DNA of 64,000 bases from an uncultured virus (IMG/VR IMGVR_UViG_3300028033_000029) (IMGVR_UViG_3300028033_000029), one strand, 5' to 3'; positions 40,682 through 50,574 are shown, counted from the first letter of the stretch. Program-made: numbers and translations. Notes: generated by a model from the letters alone, not told the origin.

Positions 40682-40735
40682 TCCACCTTGAATTAAAAAA
40701 AACAAAAAATAATAATTTTAAGGAGGAGAATAAAG

Positions 40736-40933
40736 ATGAATAAAGAAATTATTAATGCCTTTGAGGAATTTAAAAGTGCAAGTGTCAATTTTCTTGAAAT
40801 TATATCTAAATACAATTTAGATAGCAAAGAGGATTTTTGGGAAAACTATCCATTTGATAAAGATTTTATAGAAATTGTAGACAATATAATTGATTGGTAT
40901 AATGCAGTTTTTGACAGAAAGGAGGGGCAATAA
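40736..40933 (+). CDS. Small acidic early protein
   Basis: AGGAGG SD. Confidence 0.75.
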   Translation: MNKEIINAFEEFKSASVNFLEIISKYNLDSKEDFWENYPFDKDFIEIVDNIIDWYNAVFDRKEGQ

Positions 40934-40934
40934 A

Positions 40935-41033
40935 ATGAAAATTTTAAGTATGTTAGGTGAATTATTTACTTTGCTTTTAGGAATGTTTACAATTTATTTA
41001 TGGGCATGTATTTTAGCAGTTACATTAAAATAA
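40935..41033 (+). CDS. Small hydrophobic membrane peptide (32 aa)
   Basis: GGAGG SD; MKILSMLGELFTLLLGMFTIYLWACILAVTLK. Confidence 0.55.
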   Translation: MKILSMLGELFTLLLGMFTIYLWACILAVTLK

Positions 41034-41048
41034 TAAGGAGGTATTGGT

Positions 41049-41915
41049 ATGAAAATAACATTATATACTAATTATTTAGCCATTTCAGGAGTGGATATAA
41101 AATATACTTTTGATTTAGAAACATTACAAGGTACAAAAGAATTTGTAGATTATGAAGAAGGAGAAATGAAAACTGATATTATAACAGAGAAAGATAAAGA
41201 GATAATTCAAGCAGAATTAAACAATATAGAATTCCAACAAAAAATACAAGAGACACAAGCAAAAAACAAAAAGAGTATTAAACTATCAGCTTACAAATCT
41301 CCCGAAAAACAATTTAATGAGAAATTAGAAGGAGCTAAAGCAAAATTAGAAAAGGACTTCCTCAACATGCTTTCAAAAATTGAAAGGGAAGTCCAGTATC
41401 CATTTCAGTATGATAATTTATTAATCATTAAAGATAAAATTAATAATAATAAATTTTTTAAAGACCATATAACAGCTGAACAGTTGCAGTTATTAGAAAG
41501 CAAAATTGAGCAAGCTAAAAGAGTTAAAAAAGAGTATGAATATAAGCATGAGGTTATATTTAGTGTTAAACAAGATAATAATAACAGTATATTTTGTTAT
41601 ATGGATAGTAGCGGTTATTATTATCTTGTAACACAAAGACAGTATAAAACTAAAGCTATAACAGAATTATTTAGACAATTACTTACACAAGAAGGTTATA
41701 TAATAACAGACAATGAATTAACATTGCTTGATTATTATATATATAGAGAGACAAAGAAAAATATTGAAATAACAAGGATTGAATTAGAAAGAATGAGGCA
41801 AGAAAAGCAAATGCCATGTATTATATACCAAGAAACAGAGGACAGAATACTGAAAAAAATTTTTGACCCACTATTGATAAGCAAAAATTATAATGATATA
41901 ATAACAGCAAAATAA
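41049..41915 (+). CDS. Hypothetical protein
   Basis: 288 aa, SD. Confidence 0.8.
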   Translation: MKITLYTNYLAISGVDIKYTFDLETLQGTKEFVDYEEGEMKTDIITEKDKEIIQAELNNIEFQQKIQETQAKNKKSIKLSAYKSPEKQFNEKLEGAKAKLEKDFLNMLSKIEREVQYPFQYDNLLIIKDKINNNKFFKDHITAEQLQLLESKIEQAKRVKKEYEYKHEVIFSVKQDNNNSIFCYMDSSGYYYLVTQRQYKTKAITELFRQLLTQEGYIITDNELTLLDYYIYRETKKNIEITRIELERMRQEKQMPCIIYQETEDRILKKIFDPLLISKNYNDIITAK

Positions 41916-42071
41916 AAAAACAGAAGGAGGTCTTACCATGAAAATAAAAGCAATTTTATCAACCGAAGTCTTCCCAGTATTTGAAACCTGATGAGATAAG
42001 ATATAGTTACAATTTCATGCAATACAACAAAATAAAAGAAATGATACAAAAACTTAAAGGAGAGGAAAGCA

Positions 42072-42431
42072 ATGGAGCATAATAGTATAACAGCAAAAAT
42101 GGTAGAGACTTTCCTGAAAAAGACATATAACAGAATTAAAAAGGATGCTTTGTATGTTATGCAATATTATTCGCAATATCCAACACTTATAGATGATTAT
42201 TACAAGTTATTGGGTATGTATTCTGACAGATTGTGGAATTTACATAGTTGGGTGAAGAAGGTTGACAATATCGCAAAGTTACAAGAGCTTTTAAGGTCTT
42301 ACGATAGAGAATATAAAATATTTAAAAATATGGAAAAAGATGAGTTTTTATATAGTGATTTAGCTGACTGGTATGAAGATATTATTATTGGTTTAGAAAA
42401 AATTATGCAAAATTTTTCTAAAGAGTATTGA
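42072..42431 (+). CDS. Hypothetical protein
   Basis: 119 aa, SD. Confidence 0.75.
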   Translation: MEHNSITAKMVETFLKKTYNRIKKDALYVMQYYSQYPTLIDDYYKLLGMYSDRLWNLHSWVKKVDNIAKLQELLRSYDREYKIFKNMEKDEFLYSDLADWYEDIIIGLEKIMQNFSKEY

Positions 42432-42477
42432 CATTATAAGAATAACGATTTATAATAATGCAAAAGGAGGAGATATT

Positions 42478-42663
42478 ATGACTATAACAGCTTTTAATAA
42501 GTTTATTCAAGACTTAAAAAATTTTGTTGACAAAATGAATGAGAATAATATACCTAAGAATGAGCAGAAGATTCTATTAAAACATTATGTGACAATATAT
42601 AACATTCAACATAACAGCAGAATAAATTTAAATAAAAATAATATTGATTTGTTAGTTAGTTGA
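42478..42663 (+). CDS. Small hypothetical protein
   Basis: Promoter 42428, SD. Confidence 0.7.
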   Translation: MTITAFNKFIQDLKNFVDKMNENNIPKNEQKILLKHYVTIYNIQHNSRINLNKNNIDLLVS

Positions 42664-42740
42664 GGAGGGTTAAAATAAAAGAATATTTAAAAGATATTAT
42701 TAAAGAAATTCCGATATTTTAAAGATAAGGAGGAAGTAGT

Positions 42741-43856
42741 ATGAAGTTTAAAGTAAATAAAAAAGAATTAGAAAAAGCTTTAACTATTGTAAAAAAAGGG
42801 TTGGGTAAAAAAATTCCTATTTTAAAAAATGTACTTATAACAGTAGAAAATAGAAAAATAATACAATTTACTGCATCTGATTTAAAAATAATGGTGAGTT
42901 ATACTATTATTTCTAATGACTCAGAAGATGGAGCAGTTGTAGTTGATTTAAATGGATTGTTAAATATAGTAAAAACTTTACCTGATACAGATTTAGAGAT
43001 ATTTTTAGGGAATAACAGACTTATAATACAATATAACAATTCTCAAATAGAAATGGCTATTAATTTAAGTCCTGATGAGTATCCTCTGAGTATTCATGTT
43101 GTTGATATGGATAATGTATTTAGTATAACAGCGGAAAATTTACAGACTCTAATAGATAAAATAATATTTGCAGTGGATAAAAAAGGACACTATTCAGCAA
43201 GACCAGTATTGCAAGGAGTTTTGTTTGATATAACAGATGATACAATAAATGCAGTAGCGTCAGACGGGTATAGAATGGTGTTACATAAAACGAAGATAAA
43301 CAACGATATTGGTGTAGATACTCAATTAGTAATACCTGCTAAACTATTAGAAAAAGTTTATAAAGTTATAAAGTTAACAAAATACAAGGGAGATATAGAA
43401 GTTTACTATAACAGCAAAAACATATCATTCTACACAGAAGAATTTGAAGTAAGTGGATATTTGATAGATGGGAAATATTTTGATTATAAGTCAGTATTGC
43501 CAAAAGAATTTAATACTAAGGTAGTAGTTGATAAAAAAGATTTTGAAGATATACTCAAAAGAATGGAGGTTATTCCTTCATTAAAGGAAATGCCGATGGT
43601 GAAAATCATAACAGAAAATAGTAAAATTTACATACACTCTCATGAAGGAACTATAAGTTTAATTGAGAATATGTCAGCAAAAATAACAGGAGATAAAGTA
43701 GAAATAGGTTTTAGGGTGACTTATATTCTTGATTATTTAAAAAGGATTAAGGGTAATGAAGTGCTTATAAATATTATAAATTCAAATTCTCCTGCTATAT
43801 TTAAAGATAGTACCAATGAAGATTATCAATATTTAGTTATGCCAATAAGATTATAA
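42741..43856 (+). CDS. dnaN: DNA polymerase III beta sliding clamp
   Basis: 371 aa; PILKNVLI, RPVLQGV, ASDGYRM, C-terminal YLVMPIRL. Confidence 0.95.
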   Translation: MKFKVNKKELEKALTIVKKGLGKKIPILKNVLITVENRKIIQFTASDLKIMVSYTIISNDSEDGAVVVDLNGLLNIVKTLPDTDLEIFLGNNRLIIQYNNSQIEMAINLSPDEYPLSIHVVDMDNVFSITAENLQTLIDKIIFAVDKKGHYSARPVLQGVLFDITDDTINAVASDGYRMVLHKTKINNDIGVDTQLVIPAKLLEKVYKVIKLTKYKGDIEVYYNSKNISFYTEEFEVSGYLIDGKYFDYKSVLPKEFNTKVVVDKKDFEDILKRMEVIPSLKEMPMVKIITENSKIYIHSHEGTISLIENMSAKITGDKVEIGFRVTYILDYLKRIKGNEVLINIINSNSPAIFKDSTNEDYQYLVMPIRL

Positions 43857-43901
43857 TTTTTCATAACAGCGAAGGAGGTATAGTTATGAGTCCATGAATA
43901 A

Positions 43902-44648
43902 ATGCAAATAATAACAATAATAAACAATAAAATTGTGGAGGTAGATAGTTTAATGGATGAAATTAAATTAGAGTTAGTTAAAAGCGAAGAGTTTTTAGGT
44001 GTTAAGTGTGATTTTTATAGAGACCAAGATAATAATATATATATGACAAGGGAGCAAATTGGGCAAGCATTGCAATATAGTAATCCCCAGAAAGCTATAG
44101 ATAATATACATAGTAGAAATAAAGAAAGATTAGATAAATTTTCAGTTATGTACAAATTAAAAAGTAGTGATGGTAAATATTATAATACATTATTATATTC
44201 AAAAGAAGGTATTATGGAAATATGTAAATTATCATCGGCATTACCACAAAGACAAGAGTTATTATTACGTATTATAGGTTGTACACAACAAGAGATAAAT
44301 TTAATAATATATCAAAATAATCAATTATATAAGCAAAATGATTTTTATAATAAACTTTCTAATGTTTTACATAATATATGTAAAATAGAAAGAGAAGTAA
44401 AGGTTTTAAACTATAGAGTGGATTTCCTAATAAATAGACATATTATTATTGAATGTGATGAATTAGGACATAAAGATAGAAATAAAAAATATGAAATTAA
44501 AAGAGAACAAGATTTAATTAATGCAGGGTATAAAATTTTAAGATTTAATCCAGATGGTGATGATATATTTGAGTTTATAAATAAATTATTGATATTAATA
44601 AAAAATGATAATGACAAGCTCAAAGAATGGGGTTACATAACAGCTTAA
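43902..44648 (+). CDS. Bro-N/antirepressor domain fused to DUF559/Vsr-like nuclease
   Basis: MTREQIGQALQY.NP.KAI N-terminus; YRVDF...IECDELGH...ILRF C-terminus. Confidence 0.75.
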   Translation: MQIITIINNKIVEVDSLMDEIKLELVKSEEFLGVKCDFYRDQDNNIYMTREQIGQALQYSNPQKAIDNIHSRNKERLDKFSVMYKLKSSDGKYYNTLLYSKEGIMEICKLSSALPQRQELLLRIIGCTQQEINLIIYQNNQLYKQNDFYNKLSNVLHNICKIEREVKVLNYRVDFLINRHIIIECDELGHKDRNKKYEIKREQDLINAGYKILRFNPDGDDIFEFINKLLILIKNDNDKLKEWGYITA

Positions 44649-44779
44649 TTTTAAGGGTTTTGTGGTTCCCAAATAAAACCGTTATTTTACCTAACACATA
44701 ATTAATGATTGTACAGATGGTTATAAATTGTTATGAAGTTGGAATTATATAAATTTCAAAATAACAAGAAGGAGGTAAT

Positions 44780-45688
44780 TTGATGATAACATCAGAAGAA
44801 TTGTTAGAGAATAGAGATTTAAGAGAGCAGTTAATTAACAGACTTGAGGTATTAGATAAAGTTAAGCAAGTAGTAACAATGCCTAATACTGAATTATTAA
44901 CCATTGAACAGGTTGCAGATTATTATGAAGTTGATGCTAAAACAATTGATAAAATTGTGAATCGTCATTTAGACGAATTAACAGAAGATGGGTATAAAGT
45001 CTATTCGAGAGCAGAATTAATAAATCTTTTAAACCGACAAAATGTCGATTTAAAAAATTTAAAAGGAAAAACAATAATTACCATTGACAATCAAAGTGTT
45101 ATTATACCAAATAGAGGGTTAAGACTTTTTACAAGGCGGGCTTTGTTACGCGTAGGAATGTTATTAAGAGATTCAGAAATTGCCAAACGTGTAAGAACAT
45201 ATCTTTTAGATGTAGAAAATTTAGCAACAGAAGAACAAAAATTACGTGATATAACAGAAGAAGATAGATTGCTTTTGAGAGGCATTAAAGCAGAGAGTTT
45301 AGAAGAGCGCATTGAGGCTATTAATGAGATATACAAATATTATAACAGATTTAAAATACAAGCTGAAGAATCTCTCAAGGAAAACTTGTTATTAGCAAAG
45401 GGTATTTCTAGTTGGCATGAAAGAGAAGCTATAAACAAATTAATTAGAAAATTAGCAAACATAAAATATAATGGTAATTATGTTACAGCATGGAGTAAAT
45501 TGTATGATGAAATGTTATATAAACATCATATAAATGTACGAGCAAGGTTGGAGCATAATAAAGGGAAAACAATGTTTGATGTACTTAATTCTGAAGAAGT
45601 TATCAAAGCATTTCAATCAGCAGTAGCTCTGTGTAAAGAAGCGGATATTGATACAAATGAAATTTTGCAAAAAGTTAAAAATAAATAA
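44780..45688 (+). CDS. Antirepressor-like DNA-binding protein
   Basis: VADYYEV...LRVGMLLRDSEIAKRVRTYLL motif. Confidence 0.65.
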   Translation: MMITSEELLENRDLREQLINRLEVLDKVKQVVTMPNTELLTIEQVADYYEVDAKTIDKIVNRHLDELTEDGYKVYSRAELINLLNRQNVDLKNLKGKTIITIDNQSVIIPNRGLRLFTRRALLRVGMLLRDSEIAKRVRTYLLDVENLATEEQKLRDITEEDRLLLRGIKAESLEERIEAINEIYKYYNRFKIQAEESLKENLLLAKGISSWHEREAINKLIRKLANIKYNGNYVTAWSKLYDEMLYKHHINVRARLEHNKGKTMFDVLNSEEVIKAFQSAVALCKEADIDTNEILQKVKNK

Positions 45689-45786
45689 CTTCTAAGGGTT
45701 TTGCGGTTTTCCCATAAAAACCGCATTTTATAAAAAATATTGACAAATACAAATTATGATGATATAATATAACAGGAGGTGTTTAA

Positions 45787-45948
45787 ATGGGCGATATAAA
45801 GGAATTCAAAGGACGTATAGATATTAAATATATTGAAGAAATTATTAATAATTTATCAGAGGAAGAAATTCTAAAACTTTTAAGCTTGCCAGATGAAGAA
45901 ATTATGGAATTATTAGATGTTGATGATGAGGAGGGTGATGATAAATGA
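45787..45948 (+). CDS. Small highly acidic protein (53 aa)
   Basis: Promoter 45740, GGAGG SD; ~19 D/E; ATGA overlap with next gene. Confidence 0.7.
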   Translation: MGDIKEFKGRIDIKYIEEIINNLSEEEILKLLSLPDEEIMELLDVDDEEGDDK

Positions 45949-46472
45949 GAGAATATTATGTTAGCACTAAAGAAGTTGAAGGCAAAAAGTTTTATTATAT
46001 TGATTTTGGGTATGAAACTCACGGAAGAACAAGTTTTAGGTTGTGGGTTTCTTCAAAATTAATAAAAACAGATGATAATAATAGAGAATATATAGAATTC
46101 CCTATAACAGCAAAGATAGTAGAGACCGAAAAAAGAACTACAATTTTAAAACCACTACAAGAAGGTGAACAATATTATGTATTTGACTTATATCAACCAT
46201 GTGGTTATCGAGGTAGTGCTTATATAACAGTGTTAGAACCAGAGCCTTTAAATGTTAAAGTTTACAGGTACTACCATTCACCATTAGGAAATTTAGGAGA
46301 AGATTATGGCATGTTAATTATGGTAAATTCTGATAAGGTAAAAATTAAATGGGAAAGAACAGGACGTACTTACGGAGCACCCAAAGAAGGATACAGAGTG
46401 TATTATGCCGATGGAAAAACGGAAGAAATAGAACATATTGATTTAGAGGATTTGGAAGAGATAGAAAGTTAA
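45945..46472 (+). CDS. Hypothetical protein
   Basis: 175 aa, followed by hairpin terminator near 46474-46498. Confidence 0.8.
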   Translation: MREYYVSTKEVEGKKFYYIDFGYETHGRTSFRLWVSSKLIKTDDNNREYIEFPITAKIVETEKRTTILKPLQEGEQYYVFDLYQPCGYRGSAYITVLEPEPLNVKVYRYYHSPLGNLGEDYGMLIMVNSDKVKIKWERTGRTYGAPKEGYRVYYADGKTEEIEHIDLEDLEEIES

Positions 46473-46588
46473 AGTGAGAGGGTAAAATACCCTCTCACAA
46501 AATAATAATAAAAATATTCCCCCTCTGATGTATAGAATACATAAGAATTGAATATAATAATAACAGAAGATAAAAATATGAGGAGGAG

Positions 46589-46936
46589 GTGTGTGTTATG
46601 AAAAGGGGTGAGATATGGTTAGCTAATTTAGGGAAAAGAGAAGGGTCTATACAAAGTGGTATAAGACCCGTAATAATAGTGAGTAATGATAAAAATAATG
46701 AACATAGCCCTACTGTTAATGTGATACCAATCACAAGCAATATTAATAAAAACAATTTACCAGTGCATGTATATATTGGGATTGAATGTGGATTATTAAA
46801 ACCTTCTGTTGCGCTGGTAGAGCAAGACACCACAATAGATAAAACAATGTTGATTAAAAAGATAGGACAATGTACATATCAAACAATGGAAAAAATTAAT
46901 AAAGCCATTCTTATACAAAAAGGACTGATAGCGTAA
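46589..46936 (+). CDS. mazF: MazF/PemK-family protein (start probably ATG 46598)
   Basis: RGEIW..L...GS.Q.G.RP.IIVSND..N..SPTV..IPIT. Confidence 0.9.
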   Translation: MCVMKRGEIWLANLGKREGSIQSGIRPVIIVSNDKNNEHSPTVNVIPITSNINKNNLPVHVYIGIECGLLKPSVALVEQDTTIDKTMLIKKIGQCTYQTMEKINKAILIQKGLIA

Positions 46937-46961
46937 TAACAGGAAGGAGGTAAATAAAAAT

Positions 46962-47231
46962 ATGAATTTTGCTGTATCGATAGAACTTGAAAAAGAAGCA
47001 AAAATTAGGGATTTGGATAAAATTATTGATATTCTTAACAAAAAAAATAATATAAAAGGTGATATATATTGTCAAATAGACAACGAGCATACTATTAAAT
47101 GCTATATTTATTCGGAGCAGAAATACAAAATAAGTGATATTAAAAAAATGTTAAAAAATTATAATACTAAGGTTGAAGAAATAAAGCCAGCAAAAACAAA
47201 AAGAGGTGAAATAAATGATGATGATGAATAA
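46962..47231 (+). CDS. Hypothetical protein
   Basis: 89 aa, SD. Confidence 0.7.
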   Translation: MNFAVSIELEKEAKIRDLDKIIDILNKKNNIKGDIYCQIDNEHTIKCYIYSEQKYKISDIKKMLKNYNTKVEEIKPAKTKRGEINDDDE

Positions 47232-47559
47232 TATAGAGGAGGAAGTAATTAATCTTGTAGAACAATATGGGTATAAAGTGAGAGTTTTATATGACAATTC
47301 TTTATTAGTGACATCTAAATATTCTGAATGGTATGTTATCAATAAGGGGAATTATTATCTATTAAGGCATTATAGTAATAACAGTGAAAAAATAAGATTT
47401 CATATACAAAAAAATAGAGGTAACCAAAAATTAAAATTCGACAGTTTAGATAAAGTGTTTAAATATATATATAATCATGATAGGGCAGATATAGTAAAGA
47501 AAAATAGAGCACCTTATCATATCGAAAGACTTTTTCATTTAATAGAAAAAGCAAAATAA
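47215..47559 (+). CDS. Hypothetical protein
   Basis: 114 aa, SD. Confidence 0.7.
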   Translation: MMMMNNIEEEVINLVEQYGYKVRVLYDNSLLVTSKYSEWYVINKGNYYLLRHYSNNSEKIRFHIQKNRGNQKLKFDSLDKVFKYIYNHDRADIVKKNRAPYHIERLFHLIEKAK

Positions 47560-47617
47560 AAGTGTTGACAAATACATATATTATTAATATAATATAGTTA
47601 AAAAGGAGGAATCACAC

Positions 47618-48934
47618 ATGAAAGTTGAGCCACGAGAATTGTATAATAACCTTAATGTTATGATAAAAATATATGGGAAAAACAATAAAGTTTTGGAAGA
47701 GGTAACAAACTTATTAATGAAAAGAGGTATTCCGAGGGGATATACTAAGAAAATACTGATGGGTATTACACCCCTTGAGACATTAGATAGAGCAATATTG
47801 TATGTTGTTACTTCAGCATTTTATCAGGTTACAAATGAATCAATTGTAAATATTGAAAGATATTTTACTGATGAAGAAATTAAAGAAGGAGAAAAATTCC
47901 AATATATAACAGAGGAAAAAGAAAGTTTTCCAGTTATTTTTAAAGATGTAATTAAGGTAAATGATGATTATTATATAACAACATTAACAGCACAAAAAAT
48001 AAAAGAATTATATGATAGTTTTGTAGTGACGTATAATAAAGAGACACAACGTAATACAATAGCAAGAAGAATTCGCAATAGCGTAATAGAAATGATTAAT
48101 GTAAATTGGAAATCAGTCAAAGAAATAGAAGAAGAGATATTAAAAGGGTTATTCATAACAAATGCTATAACATTTAATATACTCAAGAATGGGGAGGAAG
48201 AATTTGAATATGATAAAAAAAATAGAACTTTAACAGTATATAGGGGTGAAATTGATATATTGGATGGTTTTCACAGAAGTTTAGGAATGATAAATGCAGT
48301 TATGATAAATCCAGAAGTACAATATATAACAGCAGTCAATATAACAAATTTTGATATTGAAAAAGCAAGAAGATTTATTGTGCAGGAAGACAAGAAAAAT
48401 AAAATTGCTAAAAAACATATTGAAGCCTATAAAGAAACGTTAGAAAATGCTATTGTGCGCAAGATTAATGAGAGCCCAAATTGTGATTTAAAGGGTAAAA
48501 TAACAACTAATGGAAGATTAATACAATTCAATCAAGCTCTTGTTGAATTTGAGGTATTAGCTCAAGCTATAAAATATCATTTTGTTGATATAAAAACACA
48601 AAGAGAAGCTAATCAAATAACTGATTATTTGATAGAAGGATTTAATGAGATAATTGGCTTATATCCAGATGAGTTTTTAGATAACTACATTAAGGTCAAA
48701 CAAAAAAGTGTAATAAATCACAACTATACTTTTATTGGCTATGTAGCATTATTAGCAAAATTAAGGGAAGATTCTCGATGGAAGGAAAAATTAAGAAAAA
48801 CTTTAGAAAAAATAGATTTTTCTATAAAAAACCCTGACTGGGAAATAATAGGATTATTTAACGATAGATTAACTATTAAAGTTATTGAAAATATTAGTAA
48901 ATATTTTATAGATAAAATAGTAAAGGAGGGATAA
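47618..48934 (+). CDS. DndB/ParB-like protein (SPbeta YopQ-like)
   Basis: ILDGFHR motif; 438 aa; precedes integrase-fold repressor. Confidence 0.7.
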   Translation: MKVEPRELYNNLNVMIKIYGKNNKVLEEVTNLLMKRGIPRGYTKKILMGITPLETLDRAILYVVTSAFYQVTNESIVNIERYFTDEEIKEGEKFQYITEEKESFPVIFKDVIKVNDDYYITTLTAQKIKELYDSFVVTYNKETQRNTIARRIRNSVIEMINVNWKSVKEIEEEILKGLFITNAITFNILKNGEEEFEYDKKNRTLTVYRGEIDILDGFHRSLGMINAVMINPEVQYITAVNITNFDIEKARRFIVQEDKKNKIAKKHIEAYKETLENAIVRKINESPNCDLKGKITTNGRLIQFNQALVEFEVLAQAIKYHFVDIKTQREANQITDYLIEGFNEIIGLYPDEFLDNYIKVKQKSVINHNYTFIGYVALLAKLREDSRWKEKLRKTLEKIDFSIKNPDWEIIGLFNDRLTIKVIENISKYFIDKIVKEG

Positions 48935-48935
48935 T

Positions 48936-49883
48936 ATGGAATTGTATAATCAAGAATTAAAAGAAAGATTTTTAGAACAATACCCTGAATCAACAAGATT
49001 AACATATAGAAATGTTTTTAAAAAGACAGCTCCGAAAGAAAAAGAATTACAAAAAGACTTATATCAGTTTAATTTGGAGGAATTAGATGATTTATTATAT
49101 TCATTTGGTAGCACTTCTGCACAATATATAGCAACTGCTTTGGTCGTATTGGCAAAATATGTTGATTTTTGCATACAAGAAGGATATATAGGAAATCCAG
49201 CAGGAATTAATTATGTGAGATTAATTAATCCCACATTAGAAAATTTAAAAAAGTACGAACATGGTATTGATAGAAAATATAGATATATCGATAGAGAAGA
49301 ATTACAACAAATAATTAATATGTGTGTGAATGCACAAGATGCGGTTATATTTGCGCTGTTGTTTGAGGGAGTAATGGGAGAAAATTTAGAAGAATTAATT
49401 AATCTAAGGGTAGATGATTGCAATTTTATGGATAATATCCTTACTTTAAGACGTAATGATGGAACAAAAAGAAGAATCATTGTGCATCCAGACACTATGA
49501 GACTTATTAACAAGGCGATAAATCAATTTGAGTATTACAGAGTTTCTGATATAACTAATGGTGTATTTTTATTACAAAATACTCCTTATGTGTTAAGACC
49601 TATAGTAAGTGAACGAGTTCCAACCGAAAAAGTAAGTCATCAAATAATTAGAAATAGGTTAAAAAAGATAGCGGAAATGTATGGGAATCCATACCTAAAT
49701 CCTAAAAATATTTTTAGGAGTGGTATGATAGATTATATAAGAAGATACATGAAGAAATATGATATAAAGTCTTTTAAAGATTTAAAGCATAAGGATATGG
49801 CGAACATTTTAAAAAGATTTGGAATAGAGGTTACAACACAAAGTGTTTACTTATATCGTACTAGATTGAGGGAATATGTTTAG
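48936..49883 (+). CDS. Integrase-fold lysogeny repressor (SPbeta YopR/MrpR-like)
   Basis: YN.ELKERFL, NAQDAVIFALLFEG, RSGMI; canonical recombinase catalytic set not evident. Confidence 0.7.
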   Translation: MELYNQELKERFLEQYPESTRLTYRNVFKKTAPKEKELQKDLYQFNLEELDDLLYSFGSTSAQYIATALVVLAKYVDFCIQEGYIGNPAGINYVRLINPTLENLKKYEHGIDRKYRYIDREELQQIINMCVNAQDAVIFALLFEGVMGENLEELINLRVDDCNFMDNILTLRRNDGTKRRIIVHPDTMRLINKAINQFEYYRVSDITNGVFLLQNTPYVLRPIVSERVPTEKVSHQIIRNRLKKIAEMYGNPYLNPKNIFRSGMIDYIRRYMKKYDIKSFKDLKHKDMANILKRFGIEVTTQSVYLYRTRLREYV

Positions 49884-49915
49884 AAGGCAGTTCCCTCAAA
49901 TACATAGTGCAAACG

Positions 49916-50542
49916 CTATTTTTTAGGTTTTTTGAATACACCCATATAAACACCATTAATGATTATATCGTTAGCAGGGTGTACGATGTCAGAATAAGCA
50001 GGGTTAGAAGAACGCAGAATAACCATATCAGAATTTTCAGGATGATATAGATGTTTTAAGCAAGTTTCATTCCCATCGATTATAACAGCAACTATTTGCC
50101 CATTATAATCTACATAATTTTGCACTCTTATGAGTACAATATCACCATCCTCTATGCCATCTCCTATCATACTATCGCCTTCTGCTTTTAAAAGGAAGTG
50201 TTCATATCCAACACTTAACATTTCTTTTGGAAATGGCATATACCCTTGTAAGTGTTCTTCGGCAAATAAGGGTTGTCCTGCACGAATATTGCCTAGAATA
50301 GGTAATATAACCATTTCTACTTCTTTAACATTTGAAAAGTTAGGTGTTTCATTTTCAAAAAAATATTGTATTGGTACTCCTAAAACAGTAGCAATTTTTT
50401 GCAATTTATCTATATCTAGTTTTATTGTGTTGCTTTCGTACTTATTAAGGGTAGAATGTGATATACCTAAAAGTTGTGCTAATTGTTTTTGATTTAAACC
50501 TTTATTCATACGTGCTTTTCTAATCTTTTCACCAAGAGTCAT
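49916..50542 (-). CDS. LexA/CI-like repressor (XRE HTH + S24 peptidase)
   Basis: HTH N-terminus, AG cleavage site, GDSM catalytic Ser, CLK catalytic Lys. Confidence 0.92.
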   Translation of the reverse strand: MTLGEKIRKARMNKGLNQKQLAQLLGISHSTLNKYESNTIKLDIDKLQKIATVLGVPIQYFFENETPNFSNVKEVEMVILPILGNIRAGQPLFAEEHLQGYMPFPKEMLSVGYEHFLLKAEGDSMIGDGIEDGDIVLIRVQNYVDYNGQIVAVIIDGNETCLKHLYHPENSDMVILRSSNPAYSDIVHPANDIIINGVYMGVFKKPKK

Positions 50543-50574
50543 TTTAAAAACTCCCTTCTGTTTTTGATAATATT

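Larger units (their letters stand above)
37294..47593 (+). promoter_or_regulatory. Series of consensus sigma-A early promoters
   Basis: TTGAC/TA-17-TA(T/C)A(A/T)T with -35 at 37294, 37653, 38728, 39266, 39645, 40162, 40446, 41874, 42428, 45740, 47565; most with extended -10 TG. Confidence 0.9.

Noticed and set aside
33364..40700. True integron
   Set aside because: No attC-like GTTRRRY/RYYYAAC sites or IntI-specific features recognised; cassettes carry their own promoters.
47618..48934. Phosphorothioation (dnd) system
   Set aside because: Only a DndB-like fold; no dndACDE; context matches a phage lysogeny module.
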